In this document: piece after piece, positions 1-10,421 of the stretch
How the letters are laid out: each line of letters opens with the position of its first letter
How positions within the stretch are numbered: the stretch's first letter is position 1
Assembly (NCBI GenBank): GCA_963827655.1
Contig: CAWHCF010000023.1
Span: forward strand, 96,001 to 160,000
Reading direction: 5' to 3'
Origin: an uncultured Acidobacteriota bacterium
GTDB taxonomy: Bacteria; Acidobacteriota; UBA6911
Length of the DNA: 64,000 bases
Program-made: the position numbers and the translations under genes
Notes under the pieces: model-generated
Seen by the model: the letters and a program-made list of their open reading frames with translations, nothing else
What the model was told of the DNA's origin: nothing
The model's database searches: none

Positions 1-1
1 T

Positions 2-688
2 ACGCAGTTCGCGAATCTCAACGGCACGCTGTCAGTGCTCGTCGCCGCGCGTGACTCCGGAGTAAAACGGGTCGTCGTGGCATCTTCATCTTCGATTTAC
101 GGCGATGACCCGACGCTTCCCAAGGTGGAGACTCGCGTCGGCCGGCCGCTCTCGCCCTATGCGCTGACTAAACTGGTTTGCGAGGAATACTGCGGTCTCT
201 TCTACCGGATTTACGGTCTGGAAACATCCTGTCTTCGTTACTTCAATGTGTTCGGGCCCCGTCAGGACCCTGAATCGCAATATGCCGCAGTCATTCCTCG
301 CTTCGCAACACGCCTGCTGGCGGGCAAGTCTCCGATCGTTTACGGCGACGGCGAGCAGACGCGGGATTTCACCTTTATCAGCAACGTCATTGACGCAAAC
401 TGGCTTGCCGCGACATCTCCCTCCGCCGCTGGAGAAGTGTTCAACATAGGCTGTGGCACTCGGACAAGCTTGAATCAGCTCATAGGCGAGCTGAATCAGA
501 TCCTTGGGACTTCGATCGAATCGATCCACGAACCGGCTCGAACCGGCGACGTCCGGCATTCTGTGGCCGACGTCAGCAAGGCAAAGCAGTTGCTCGACTA
601 CGCTCCCAGAGTCTCGTTCCGAGATGGCCTTCAGCGGGTTTTGGATTGGTATCGTCTTCACAGGGAGGCCGCAAATGGCGCTGCGTGA
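2..688 (+). CDS. NAD-dependent epimerase/dehydratase (extended SDR, UDP-GlcNAc 4-epimerase WbpP-like), 5'-truncated by window edge
   Basis: Frame is open from base 2. Motifs SSSSIYG, catalytic YALTK (YxxxK), LRYFNVFGPRQDP and GDGEQTRDF. Confidence 0.9.
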   Translation, partial: TQFANLNGTLSVLVAARDSGVKRVVVASSSSIYGDDPTLPKVETRVGRPLSPYALTKLVCEEYCGLFYRIYGLETSCLRYFNVFGPRQDPESQYAAVIPRFATRLLAGKSPIVYGDGEQTRDFTFISNVIDANWLAATSPSAAGEVFNIGCGTRTSLNQLIGELNQILGTSIESIHEPARTGDVRHSVADVSKAKQLLDYAPRVSFRDGLQRVLDWYRLHREAANGAA

Positions 689-1968
689 AAAAATCCTTGA
701 TCGATCAGCCAGGATTGGGGTGATCGGGCTCGGATATGTCGGACTACCGCTCGCAGTGGAATTTGCCAGAGCAGGGTATGCCACCGTCGGAATCGATGTA
801 GACCAGCAGCGAGTGGATAAAATTTCGGCAGGTGAGTCGTATATTCAGGACGTTCCTGCCTCTGTGGTCTCTGACCTGGTTTCGAGCCGGCAGGCTGAAG
901 GCGACGACTGACTACAAGGTCCTGAAGAACCTCGACGCGGTGAGCATTTGCGTTCCAACACCGTTGAGAAAGACCCGCGATCCCGATATCCAATACATCG
1001 CGGATGCCACGGCCAAGATTCGCGAATGCCTGCACCCCGAGATGCTGGTCACGTTGGAGAGCACAACTTATCCCGGGACCACCGACGAAATTCTCCTGTC
1101 CGAGTTCCGCGACGCCGGCTTCGAGGTGGGTCGGGACTTCTATCTGGCATTTTCTCCCGAGCGCATCGATCCGGGGAATTCTCACTGGAACACCCACAAT
1201 ACGCCGAAAATCATCGGCGGCGTCACACCGGAGTGCACCAGCCTGGCGAAGCTTTTGTACGAACAGGTGGTGGAGCGAGTGATTCCGGTTACGTCCACCA
1301 AGAGCGCCGAAATGGTGAAGCTGCTCGAGAATACTTTCCGCGCGGTAAATATCGGGCTGGTCAATGAAATCGCCATTATGTGCGATAAGCTGGGAATAAA
1401 TGTGTGGGAAGTTATCGAGGCTGCTGCCACAAAGCCGTTCGGCTTCATGCCCTTTTACCCCGGCCCGGGTCTGGGAGGACACTGCATTCCGATCGATCCT
1501 CTATATCTGTCGTGGAAGCTCAAGCTGCTCAACTACACTGCCAGGTTCATCGAGCTTGCCAGTGAAGTCAACACCAGCATGCCGGAATACGTGACCGCAA
1601 AGGTGGCCCGGGCGCTGAATAGCGCCCGGAAGCCGGTCAACGGCTCCAAGGTTCTAGTCCTTGGAGTAGCCTACAAGAAAGACATCTCCGATATTCGCGA
1701 ATCTCCCGCTTTGGACGTGATTCGCCTGCTTCAACAGGAAGGAGCCGAGGTGGCTTACTCGGATCCGTACGCGCCGGAGCTCCGGATGGATCACGTCAGT
1801 CTTTACTCCCGGGAGCTCACACCGGAAACCATACGCGGTTATGATTGCGTTGTCGTGGTCACGGATCACACCGTGGTTGATTTCGACATGATCGCCAGAG
1901 AGGCGGTGCTCGTGGTTGACTGCCGGAACGCAATCCGAAGCAAAGCGTCCAACGTGATAAAACTCTGA
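675..1968 (+). CDS. UDP-glucose/GDP-mannose family nucleotide-sugar dehydrogenase (WbpA/WecC-like); frameshift at ~880-882
   Basis: ATG 675 opens GVIGLGYVG (Rossmann fold). Removing one T from TTT 880-882 joins it to ORF 832..1968, which has ICVPTP, ESTTYPGTT, SPERIDPG, KLLENTFR and GGHCIP. Confidence 0.88.
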
Positions 1969-1978
1969 TTTCGCCTGG

Positions 1979-2049
1979 CGATTGCCGATTGGCGATGAAC
2001 CTCCTCGGGACTCCAATCGTCAATCGTCAATCGTCAATCGTCAATTGCA
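1979..2049. repeat. Inverted heptamer-array element: (GATTGSC)n ... (CAATCGT)x4
   Basis: gattgccgattggcgat, a short spacer, then caatcgtcaatcgtcaatcgtcaatcgtcaattgca running into the ATG at 2050. Confidence 0.85.
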
Positions 2050-3159
2050 ATGCCGGCTTCCTTTTTCTTCATCGACACCGAGCGGGTTTGGAGAGGCGGG
2101 CAGGACCAGCTCTTCACGCTGGTGCGCGGATTGGTGCAACGCGGAAACAGAGTCCATCTGGTGTGCTTCCCGGGGACTCTCCTGGAAACTCGGGCTCACG
2201 AGCTCGACATAGGCGTGGATACGCTGGCCATTCGATGGGAATTCAACCCGGTTTCATTCTTGCGGCTGACAACGCTCATGCGCCGCTTCCGGCCTGACAT
2301 TGTCGCGTTTAACACGCCGCGCGCAATTTTAATGGGAAATCTGGCCTCCAGGTTGACGGGAGCGCGTGCTCGAATAATATTTCGACGAGTCAACTTCCCG
2401 CTGAGAAAGAATCCGATCACTCGCCTCAAGTACAATTGGGGAATCCACCGCATCGTGGCCATCTCCGAAAGCATACGCCGCCAGCTGGAATCAAGCGGGA
2501 TACCCTCATCAAAGATTCAAACCATCTACGAGGGCATGGATCTTTCGCGCTATCCCGAACGGGACTTTCGCGACCCGCGCAGCCTGGGTGAGCCCGTGGT
2601 GGTCGGAACCGTGACGCACCTGAGCGAGGAGAAGGGACTGAAGTATCTGGTCGAAGCCGCTGCCACAATTCCCGATGTCCAGTCGCGGTACCGCTTTGTC
2701 ATTGTAGGAGATGGCGATTGCCGCAGCGCTCTCGAGCTGCGGGTCCGCGAACTTGGTCTCCAGGAATGTTTTCTCTTTGCCGGTTTTCAGAATCGCCCCG
2801 CCCAATACTTCAGAACTTTTGATGTGTTTGTCCTTCCCAGTCTGTCCGAAGGGCTGTCATCGGCCATTCTTTATGCCATGGCAAACTCACTTCCGGTAAT
2901 TGCATCGAATATCGGAGGAATACCTGAACTGGTCCGACCGGGAGAGAATGGCCTGTTAATTCCGCCCGCCGATCCGGATTCGCTGGCTTCCGCGATCCAG
3001 CATCTGGCCGATGATCCCCAGCAAGCCTTCCAGATGGGACAGGAAGGAAGGCGCCGCATAGCAGAGCGATTCACCCTGGAACGTAAGATTCTGGAAACCG
3101 AGGAGCTTTGCTTGTCTCTCTTGGGACAATCGGCGCCTCTGTCTCCCGCCCATGCCTAA
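2050..3159 (+). CDS. Glycosyltransferase family 4
   Basis: WRGGQDQ N-terminus; FVLPSLSEGLSSAILYAMANSLPVIASNIGGIPELV donor-binding motif. Confidence 0.9.
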   Translation: MPASFFFIDTERVWRGGQDQLFTLVRGLVQRGNRVHLVCFPGTLLETRAHELDIGVDTLAIRWEFNPVSFLRLTTLMRRFRPDIVAFNTPRAILMGNLASRLTGARARIIFRRVNFPLRKNPITRLKYNWGIHRIVAISESIRRQLESSGIPSSKIQTIYEGMDLSRYPERDFRDPRSLGEPVVVGTVTHLSEEKGLKYLVEAAATIPDVQSRYRFVIVGDGDCRSALELRVRELGLQECFLFAGFQNRPAQYFRTFDVFVLPSLSEGLSSAILYAMANSLPVIASNIGGIPELVRPGENGLLIPPADPDSLASAIQHLADDPQQAFQMGQEGRRRIAERFTLERKILETEELCLSLLGQSAPLSPAHA

Positions 3160-4408
3160 AGTCCTGAGCAGCTACCTGCCGGCCTCGCTAGTAGATGAGG
3201 GACCGTCGCGCGCTGTTTTTCTCGTCCTTGCCCTTTCCATAGCGATGGTGCTGGTCTCTATTGCCGTTTCACAGCTACTGCTCGCCACGGCGCTTCTGGG
3301 CCGTTTCTGGCAATCTCGACGGGAAGGTTGGCCCGGAATGGAGGCCATCGCCACGCATCCCGCGCGACCGGGCTATTACCTCGGGATGCCACCGATCGCG
3401 TGGCCTCTGCTTTTCTTCTTTCTATGGACGATTCTGTCCGCCCTGGTCTCTCATGATCCCCTGAGGGGGCTTACGATCAGCAAGAAATTCTTTATCTTTC
3501 TTCTCGTCTTTCTGGTGCCGCTCGTCCTTAAGGGAAGGGGGAAGACAGCCTGGATCTATCACGCGGTGTTCCTGGTGGCCGGACTCTCGTCCGCCCTGGG
3601 GCTGGGGCAATTCATGGCCAATCCTGACCGAAGCTTCTTGGATCGAATCTCCGGGTTCATGGGTCAATGGATGACCTATTCGGGGTTGCAGATGCTGGTG
3701 CTTGTCATGTTGTGCGCTTACGCAAGCTACTTCTCCTGGCGGCGGCGATGGTGGATCCTGCCGCTCTTAGTCCTGCTCGCGGGCTCGCTCTACCTCACTT
3801 TTACCAGAAACGCCTGGCTGGGCGCGGTGGCCGGAATTGCGGCCGTCCTATGCTTGACGCGCCCTCGCGCCATCGGAGCGTTCGCGCTCTTGCTGCTCGC
3901 CCTCTTTATTGTCGCGCCTGAGAGCGCGTACCAACGCTTGCGCGCGGGCCTCGATTCTTCTGATGCCACAACCCGCGGGCGCATCGAGTTAGTCCAGACC
4001 TCTCTGCGCCTGATCCGCGATAATCCATGGTTCGGCGTCGGTCCGAAGAGCGTCAACACCGAAGCGTTGCGGTACCGGGGCAGTCAGGAGTTTCCAGACT
4101 GGATGTACCAGCACATGCACAACAATTTCCTGCAGATCGCCGCAGAACGTGGCATACCCGGCCTGCTGCTATGGATCTGGTTCATGATCCAGCTTGTGCG
4201 AGACCCGATTCAGGTTTTTCGTAGGCGCGCGTCGACAGACCGCGAATCCTTTGCCATCGTCGCCTCCGTCGCAGCCATGGGGTCCTGGCTGGCCTTAATG
4301 GTAGCGGGAATGTTTGAATACAATTTCGGCGACTCCGAGGTCTTGACTCTGTTCCTCTTTATCATGAGCGCTCCCAATGCGCCTCAATTGACAAGTGAAA
4401 ATGCGTGA
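3152..4408 (+). CDS. O-antigen ligase/polymerase family (WaaL/Wzy_C) membrane protein
   Basis: Multi-TM protein with LTFTRNAWLG, PWFGVG and HMHNNFLQIAAERGIPG motifs. Confidence 0.85.
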   Translation: MPKVLSSYLPASLVDEGPSRAVFLVLALSIAMVLVSIAVSQLLLATALLGRFWQSRREGWPGMEAIATHPARPGYYLGMPPIAWPLLFFFLWTILSALVSHDPLRGLTISKKFFIFLLVFLVPLVLKGRGKTAWIYHAVFLVAGLSSALGLGQFMANPDRSFLDRISGFMGQWMTYSGLQMLVLVMLCAYASYFSWRRRWWILPLLVLLAGSLYLTFTRNAWLGAVAGIAAVLCLTRPRAIGAFALLLLALFIVAPESAYQRLRAGLDSSDATTRGRIELVQTSLRLIRDNPWFGVGPKSVNTEALRYRGSQEFPDWMYQHMHNNFLQIAAERGIPGLLLWIWFMIQLVRDPIQVFRRRASTDRESFAIVASVAAMGSWLALMVAGMFEYNFGDSEVLTLFLFIMSAPNAPQLTSENA

Positions 4409-4469
4409 CAGGGTATGTCTTAGTGTTTCTTCGTGTCTTTGCGGTTAGCGCGCACTCCAAGAGAAATCG

Positions 4470-5573
4470 TTGAAAATCGCTATTCTCGGAACTCGGGGAA
4501 TTCCCGCGAACTACGGCGGCTTTGAAAGGTTTGCCGAGGAATGCGCCGCGGGCCTGGTGGAGCGCGGGCACGAGGTGACTGTGTACGCGCGCTCCCATTA
4601 TATTCCCCGATCGCTGCGCAGCTACCGCAACGTGCGGGTGGTGGTGCTTCCGACACTGCGCTGGAAGTACACCGACACGGTCGTTCATACCTTCTTCTCC
4701 GTTCTCCACGCAGTTCCGGAGAGGTACGACGCCATTATCATTTGCAATGCCGCCAACGCCATCTATGCCACCCTGCCCAGGCTATTCGGCGTCCCGGTAG
4801 CGATCAACGTAGACGGTATTGAACGTAAGCGAAAAAAGTGGGGATGGATAGGACGCAGTTACTATTCGGTTTCGGAACGCCTCTCGACCTGGATCCCCAG
4901 CGCCATTATCACCGATGCCCGCGTGATCGAGCGCTACTACCGCGAACGATATGGCGCCCGGTCTGTCTTCATTCCATACGGCGCCATCACGGAAAAAATC
5001 GCGACCCGTGAGACGCTCGCAAGGCTTGGATTAAGCGCGGGCGAGTACTTCCTTTACGTGAGCCGGCTCGAGCCGGAGAACAACGCCCATCGCGTGGTGG
5101 CCGCATTTGAACAAGTCCGCACCGACAAGCGTCTGGTCCTGGTCGGCGATGCGCCCTATTCGAGACTCTACATCGAACGATTGAAGGAGACTCGCGACTC
5201 CAGGATTCTTTTCCCCGGCGCTATTCATGGCGCGGGATACTGGGAACTGCAGGCCAATGCCTTCTGCTACATCCATGCTAAAGAAGTGGGAGGAACCCAC
5301 CCGGCCCTGATCGAGGCCATGGGCCAGGGCAACCTCGTGGTCGCCAATATTACTCCAGAAAATCTGGAAATCCTGGGCGGCGCCGGTCTGATGTATCGAA
5401 TGGAGGACCGCGAGGACCTGGCGCGCTCCCTGCAGGATGTCAGCGATAATCCGGAAAAATACGCGCCTTTGAAAGAAGCCGCTGTGGAGCGCGTCCGGCA
5501 AAGCGTACTCGTGGGACAGCGTCGTCACCCAGTACGAGCAACTCCTGGCGAGCCTGGTTTCAGGGGAGCGTAA
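4470..5573 (+). CDS. Glycosyltransferase family 4 (DUF1972-type); probable C-terminal frameshift at 5500-5502
   Basis: MKIAILGTRGIPANYGGFE, SRLEPENN and EVGGTHPALIEAM. The typical terminal helix YSWDSVVTQYEQLL lies in the +1 frame after AAA 5500-5502. Confidence 0.88.
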   Translation: MKIAILGTRGIPANYGGFERFAEECAAGLVERGHEVTVYARSHYIPRSLRSYRNVRVVVLPTLRWKYTDTVVHTFFSVLHAVPERYDAIIICNAANAIYATLPRLFGVPVAINVDGIERKRKKWGWIGRSYYSVSERLSTWIPSAIITDARVIERYYRERYGARSVFIPYGAITEKIATRETLARLGLSAGEYFLYVSRLEPENNAHRVVAAFEQVRTDKRLVLVGDAPYSRLYIERLKETRDSRILFPGAIHGAGYWELQANAFCYIHAKEVGGTHPALIEAMGQGNLVVANITPENLEILGGAGLMYRMEDREDLARSLQDVSDNPEKYAPLKEAAVERVRQSVLVGQRRHPVRATPGEPGFRGA

Positions 5574-5718
5574 GTCCGAAATAAGTCCATTCTCTGCGCG
5601 CTGCTCGAGACGTCTACGCGTACGTGGGAGCAGCGAGCCTGCGGAAGACGCTCGAAGAAACCACATAAGACTCGAAGAAGCTCGCCATCAAGAATTGAAA
5701 GTCCGCGGCCCCTGCGAT

Positions 5719-5727
5719 TGCTATAAT
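5719..5727 (+). promoter_or_regulatory. Extended -10 promoter (TGcTATAAT) upstream of wzm
   Basis: TGCTATAAT at 5719-5727, then GGAGG at 5741-5745 and GTG at 5753. Confidence 0.5.
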
Positions 5728-5752
5728 AGGGCGTTTCGTGGGAGGTTCAAAC

Positions 5753-6595
5753 GTGACGGCGGGCGCGAGAATCCATCCGGCTCAGGCGCCATGGATCATT
5801 TTTTCCAGCTTCCTGCGCAAGCTTTACCTTCAGCGGGGATTGATTCGAAGCTTTGTAGTCAGAGATCTGAAGGCTCGCTATATCGGTTCCTTCATGGGTA
5901 TCTTCTGGAGCGTGATCCAGCCGGTTGTTCTACTCGTCAGCTACACCTTCGTTTTCTCGGTGATTTTTGGGCTCCGGCCGCAGCCGGACAGCGGCACGAC
6001 CAGCTTTCCCCTTTTTCTCTTCTGCAGCATTCTGCCCTGGCTTTTCTTTCAAGACACGTTGATGCGCTCCAGCACCACGGTCATTGACAATGCCAACCTG
6101 GTGACCCGGACGCTGTTCCCCACCGAAATCCTCCCCCTTACCGTCGTGCTGGCGGGCGTCGTGAACCACCTGATCGGGTTCGTGATTTTGCTCTCAATCC
6201 TTTTGATCACTGCCGGCAAGCTTGGTCTCCCTATGCTCCTGGTGCCAGTCTATTTCGCCTGCTTGCTGCTTTTCACCCAGGGATTGGCCTGGCTGGTTTC
6301 GAGCCTGAACGTTTTCATAAGAGATACTTCCCAGGTACTGGGCGTCATTCTGACCTTCTGGTTTTGGTTTACTCCGATTTTCTTTTCAGCGGATCGTTTT
6401 CCTCAAAGTCTCAAGTTTCTGGTCTACTGGAATCCGCTCGCCCACGTTGTCACCGGCTACCGCGACTGCCTTCTGCGAGTGCGCCTGCCTGATTTCCAGG
6501 CGCTGGGATTTCTGGTCATTGTTTCACTGGCCGTTTTCATCGCGGGTGGCGTGTTCTTTCGTCAAACCAAGCGTGAATTCGTGGACGTCCTTTAA
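5753..6595 (+). CDS. wzm: ABC-2 polysaccharide export permease (Wzm)
   Basis: RDLKARYIGSFMGIFWSVIQP, FWFTPIF and WNPLAHVV; about six TM segments; coupled to the next gene by TAATG. Start chosen from the RBS (ORF track gives 5738). Confidence 0.9.
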   Translation: MTAGARIHPAQAPWIIFSSFLRKLYLQRGLIRSFVVRDLKARYIGSFMGIFWSVIQPVVLLVSYTFVFSVIFGLRPQPDSGTTSFPLFLFCSILPWLFFQDTLMRSSTTVIDNANLVTRTLFPTEILPLTVVLAGVVNHLIGFVILLSILLITAGKLGLPMLLVPVYFACLLLFTQGLAWLVSSLNVFIRDTSQVLGVILTFWFWFTPIFFSADRFPQSLKFLVYWNPLAHVVTGYRDCLLRVRLPDFQALGFLVIVSLAVFIAGGVFFRQTKREFVDVL

Positions 6596-7920
6596 TGCCG
6601 GCCGTCGAAGTCCGAAATCTTTCAAAGAAGTACCAGATCTATGGCCGTCCATGGGAAAAGTTGCGCGAGATACTCGCTTTGGGGCCAAGGACCATACGGC
6701 AAGAGTTCTGGGCGCTGCAGGATGTTTCCTTCGCCATCAACAGCGGCGAAACCCTGGGAATCATTGGGGAAAACGGATCGGGCAAGAGCACTCTCTTGCA
6801 AATCGTGGCCGGAATCATGCGCCAGACACGCGGCGATTGCTTTGTGCAGGGTAAAGTTGCCGCTCTTCTGGAACTCGGTTCCGGTTTCAACCCGGAATTT
6901 ACCGGCCGCGAAAACGTTTTCATGAACGGGGCCATCCTGGGATTCGATACCAGCAAGATGGAAGAGCGTTTCGACGCCATTGCGCGCTTCGCCGAGATCG
7001 GCAGTTTCATGGACCAGCCTGTGAAGACCTACTCAAGCGGAATGTTCATGCGGCTTGCCTTCGCCGTAGCGATCAACGTTGATCCTGACGTGCTCCTTAT
7101 CGACGAGGCGCTTGCGGTCGGCGATTTGATTTTCCAGCACCGCTGCATGCACCGCATGAATCAGCTGCGAGATCAAGGGAAGACGATCCTGCTTGTGACC
7201 CATGATCTGGCAGCCGTGACCAAATTTTGCGACCGGGCGATCCTGCTCGACAAAGGACAGTTGCTCGAAGACGGCAAACCCGATCTCGTCGTTCAAAAAT
7301 ATCGTGCCCTGGTTTTCGAGCGCGAGCGGCGCTACGGCAGTCCTGATGGCAGCGAGCCGGCCGATTTGTCCGTCCAGGCGACGATCGAAAAAGGAGAGAT
7401 TCCCGTCGTCCGTTCCATCCCGAACATGGACCATCGTTTTGGCAACGGCGAGGCCGTCGTCCTCGGTGTCGACCTGCTTGATGAAGAGGGGAAGCCGACA
7501 CGCGAAGTCTTCGGAGGTCAAAAAGTCGTGGTGCGGGTCTCGGCACGGTTCACCCGGGACATCAACCGGCCGATCATAGGCTACACGCTGCGGGACCGGA
7601 TGGGTGTCGAGATAGCCGCCTGCAACACATCGTATGCCGGCCAGATCCTGCCTCCCGCGCGCGGCGGGCAGATCTTCACCAGCGACTTCAGTATAGTCGT
7701 GCCGCACATGGCCGCTGGAAGCTATTCCATCTCACCGGCGGTGGCCAAAGGAAACGTACTGAAGCACGACATGTGCGATTGGGTCGACAATGCCATCATT
7801 TTCAGCTTGAAGTCCGAGTATCTCGTCTATGGGATGCTAAAAATGGATGTTGATGTCCAAACCTATTCAATTGACGATTTACGATTGACGATTGACGATT
7901 TATCAAACCCGACGGATTGA
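6595..7920 (+). CDS. wzt: ABC polysaccharide export ATPase with C-terminal Wzt_C carbohydrate-binding domain
   Basis: Walker A GENGSGKS, YSSGM signature, LLIDEALAVGD, and a ~170-aa C-terminal extension beginning HRFGNGEA. Confidence 0.92.
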   Translation: MPAVEVRNLSKKYQIYGRPWEKLREILALGPRTIRQEFWALQDVSFAINSGETLGIIGENGSGKSTLLQIVAGIMRQTRGDCFVQGKVAALLELGSGFNPEFTGRENVFMNGAILGFDTSKMEERFDAIARFAEIGSFMDQPVKTYSSGMFMRLAFAVAINVDPDVLLIDEALAVGDLIFQHRCMHRMNQLRDQGKTILLVTHDLAAVTKFCDRAILLDKGQLLEDGKPDLVVQKYRALVFERERRYGSPDGSEPADLSVQATIEKGEIPVVRSIPNMDHRFGNGEAVVLGVDLLDEEGKPTREVFGGQKVVVRVSARFTRDINRPIIGYTLRDRMGVEIAACNTSYAGQILPPARGGQIFTSDFSIVVPHMAAGSYSISPAVAKGNVLKHDMCDWVDNAIIFSLKSEYLVYGMLKMDVDVQTYSIDDLRLTIDDLSNPTD

Positions 7921-8023
7921 GCGATGACGGTTCATCTAACCCGGCGCGCATCAGTCTTTCAATCGTCAATCGTCAATCGTCAATCGTCACAATCGTCAAT
8001 CGTCAATCGTAAATCGTAAATCG
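7869..8023. repeat. Inverted heptamer-array element (ACGATTG)n ... (CAATCGT)n
   Basis: Left arm attgacgatttacgattgacgattgacgattt; right arm of about eight CAATCGT/AAATCGT units. The left arm encodes the Wzt tail IDDLRLTIDDL. Confidence 0.92.
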
Positions 8024-8027
8024 AAGG

Positions 8028-10421
8028 ATGATGTTTCTTCTTCGCCGCCTCCTCCTGATTCTCCTCACGGTGTCGATCACGCCACTGCTCGCGCTGCTGG
8101 CTGTGGTGCTGCTCTACTTGAATCTGATTCACCTCCTGACTCGCTTCACCCGCAAGCGCGTGCCGCACGAAGCTCGCCCAACGTCCGGCCACGCCTCGAT
8201 CGTGATCCTCAACTGGAACGGCAAGGAACTTTTGGCGCAAGGCATCCCCTCGGTCCTCGAAGCCGTGCAGGAGGACGGTCTGGATCATGAGATTCTGGTT
8301 GTTGACAACGGGAGCACCGACGGTTCGGTCGAATACCTGAGGAAAGAATTTCCCCAGGTCCGCGTGATTCCGCTGCCTGAGAACCTGGGCTTTGCCGCCG
8401 GTAACAATATCGGCGTGGATCAGGCGCAGCACGATACCGTAGTCCTGCTCAACAACGACATGGTCGTCGACCGGAGATTTCTCAGGCCCTTGCTCGAAGG
8501 GTTTGGTCCCTCGACCTTCGCGGTCTCGAGCCAGATTTATCTGCAGGATGCTTCCGCCCGCCGCGAGGAGACCGGCAAGACCACGGCACACTTTCGCCGC
8601 GGGATGATCGACTTCACGCATTGCGCTCTAGACGGACGAACCCTGGAACGGCGCTATTATCCGGCGCTCTGGGCCGGCGGCGGGTCCTCGGCCTTCAACA
8701 GGGAGAGGTTCCTGGCGCTCGGAGGTTTCCAGGAAATCTACTCGCCCGCCTATGTTGAAGATACCGACCTCTCGTACCAGGCGTGGAAGTTCGGGTGGGA
8801 AGTCCTCTTTGCTCCGGAATCGATCGTGTATCACAAACACCGCGCATCGAGCAGCCGCCGCTTCTCTCCGGATCAGCTTCAGGCTCTGATCCAGCGCAAT
8901 CAGTTTCTTTTCATCTGGAAGAATATCCGTGACTGGCGTCTCCTGCTCCTTCACTGCCTCCTGCTCCCATGGACCTGTTACCGCCTGGCCCGGGATCATG
9001 GTCTCAGGATCTGGAAAGCCGTCCTGCACGCTGCCGGCAGGTTCCCCTCGGTCGCAATAAGCAAACTCTCGGCATCCTTTCGAGCCGTGCGATCCGACGC
9101 CGAGATTTTTCGAATGTTTGAGAATCCAGCTCTCTATTTTGCCGGGCTGCGCGCCCTGCCCAAGTCCGGATACACTTCCGGGCGTGTTTCCATGCAAGCC
9201 GCGCGCCCGCATCTTCTCTGGGTCACCGCCTACCTGCCGCACATCGGACGTCATGCAGGCGCAGGCCGCATGTACCAGCTCCTGCGGCGTCTATCATGTC
9301 ACTACAGGATTACGCTGCTCACTTTTCTGGAGAGTGAAAGCGAGCAGGAGTTCTTGCCTGAGGTCGAGCCTTTTTGCCGGCGCGTCGTAGCCATTCGCCG
9401 CAGAGTTCCCGGGCGCTGGCAGTTATTTGCCTACGAACCTTTCGAGGAGTTTCGGACGCCGGAGATGGAGCAGGCGCTCAAGGAATGCCTGGAAGATCTG
9501 GATTTCGACCTCATCCAGTTGGAGTATTCCCAGATGGCCTGCTACGCTTCCAAAGACCTGGGCATCCCGACTCTGCTTACCAAGCATGAGGTTGACTTTG
9601 CCGCATGCTTGCGGCGCGTGCGAATCGAAACCCGTCCCTGGGCCAAGATTCGCTGGTTCTACAATTACCTCCAGGTTGTCGACCGGGAAACCCGCCTTAC
9701 CCGGCGCGCCGACGGCGTGATTTGCATGACCGAACCCGATGCTCGAGAACTGAAGAAGTTCTGTTCTTCGGTTCCAATTCATGTGATCAATACGGGCGTG
9801 GATCTCGATTACTTCCAGCCGCCGGCGCGAGAGCCGGACGACCCCAGGCTGGTTTTTGTGGGAGCGTTCCAGCACCTGCCCAACGTCGACGCCATGATTT
9901 ACTTCTGCCGTGAGATCTTTCCTCTCATTCGCGCCCACGTTCCGGACACGAAATTGGTCATAGTGGGGAGCAACCCGCCGCCCTCGGTGCTCGATCTGGG
10001 TGAGATACCGGGCATCCAGGTCACCGGATTTGTGCCTGATATACGGCCAGCCATGGCGGCCAGCGCCGTCTATATAGTTCCTTTACGGCTTGGGGTAGGA
10101 ATTCGCGGCAAGATTCTGGAAGCGTGGAGCATGGCGCGGGCTGTGGTCGCCACCTCGATCGCGTGCGCCGGCTTGCGTTATGAAGCAGGAAAGAACTTGC
10201 TGGTTGCGGATGATGCCGCACTCTTCGCCAGGCATGTGGTATCCCTGCTCAGAGATCCCGTCCGGAGAGCAAGTCTCGGCAATGAGGGGCGCAAGACGGC
10301 TGAACGGCATTACGGGTGGGAAACGGCCGCGCACGAGCTCGATTCACTGTATCAACACTACCTGGGAACGCTTCAGAAAGAATCGCTTCTCTCCGTGGCC
10401 GGGGAAAGGAGCCGCGCATGA
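8028..10421 (+). CDS. Two-domain glycosyltransferase: N-terminal TM + GT2 fused to GT4
   Basis: GT2 motifs SIVILNWNG, VVDNGSTDGS, LLNND and YVEDTDL, followed by GT4 motifs INTGVDLDYF and GIRGKILEAWSM. Confidence 0.88.
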   Translation: MMFLLRRLLLILLTVSITPLLALLAVVLLYLNLIHLLTRFTRKRVPHEARPTSGHASIVILNWNGKELLAQGIPSVLEAVQEDGLDHEILVVDNGSTDGSVEYLRKEFPQVRVIPLPENLGFAAGNNIGVDQAQHDTVVLLNNDMVVDRRFLRPLLEGFGPSTFAVSSQIYLQDASARREETGKTTAHFRRGMIDFTHCALDGRTLERRYYPALWAGGGSSAFNRERFLALGGFQEIYSPAYVEDTDLSYQAWKFGWEVLFAPESIVYHKHRASSSRRFSPDQLQALIQRNQFLFIWKNIRDWRLLLLHCLLLPWTCYRLARDHGLRIWKAVLHAAGRFPSVAISKLSASFRAVRSDAEIFRMFENPALYFAGLRALPKSGYTSGRVSMQAARPHLLWVTAYLPHIGRHAGAGRMYQLLRRLSCHYRITLLTFLESESEQEFLPEVEPFCRRVVAIRRRVPGRWQLFAYEPFEEFRTPEMEQALKECLEDLDFDLIQLEYSQMACYASKDLGIPTLLTKHEVDFAACLRRVRIETRPWAKIRWFYNYLQVVDRETRLTRRADGVICMTEPDARELKKFCSSVPIHVINTGVDLDYFQPPAREPDDPRLVFVGAFQHLPNVDAMIYFCREIFPLIRAHVPDTKLVIVGSNPPPSVLDLGEIPGIQVTGFVPDIRPAMAASAVYIVPLRLGVGIRGKILEAWSMARAVVATSIACAGLRYEAGKNLLVADDAALFARHVVSLLRDPVRRASLGNEGRKTAERHYGWETAAHELDSLYQHYLGTLQKESLLSVAGERSRA

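Noticed and set aside
7869-8023. Heptamer arrays as a CRISPR array
   Set aside because: The units are 7 bp and contiguous, with no regular unique spacers and no cas genes.
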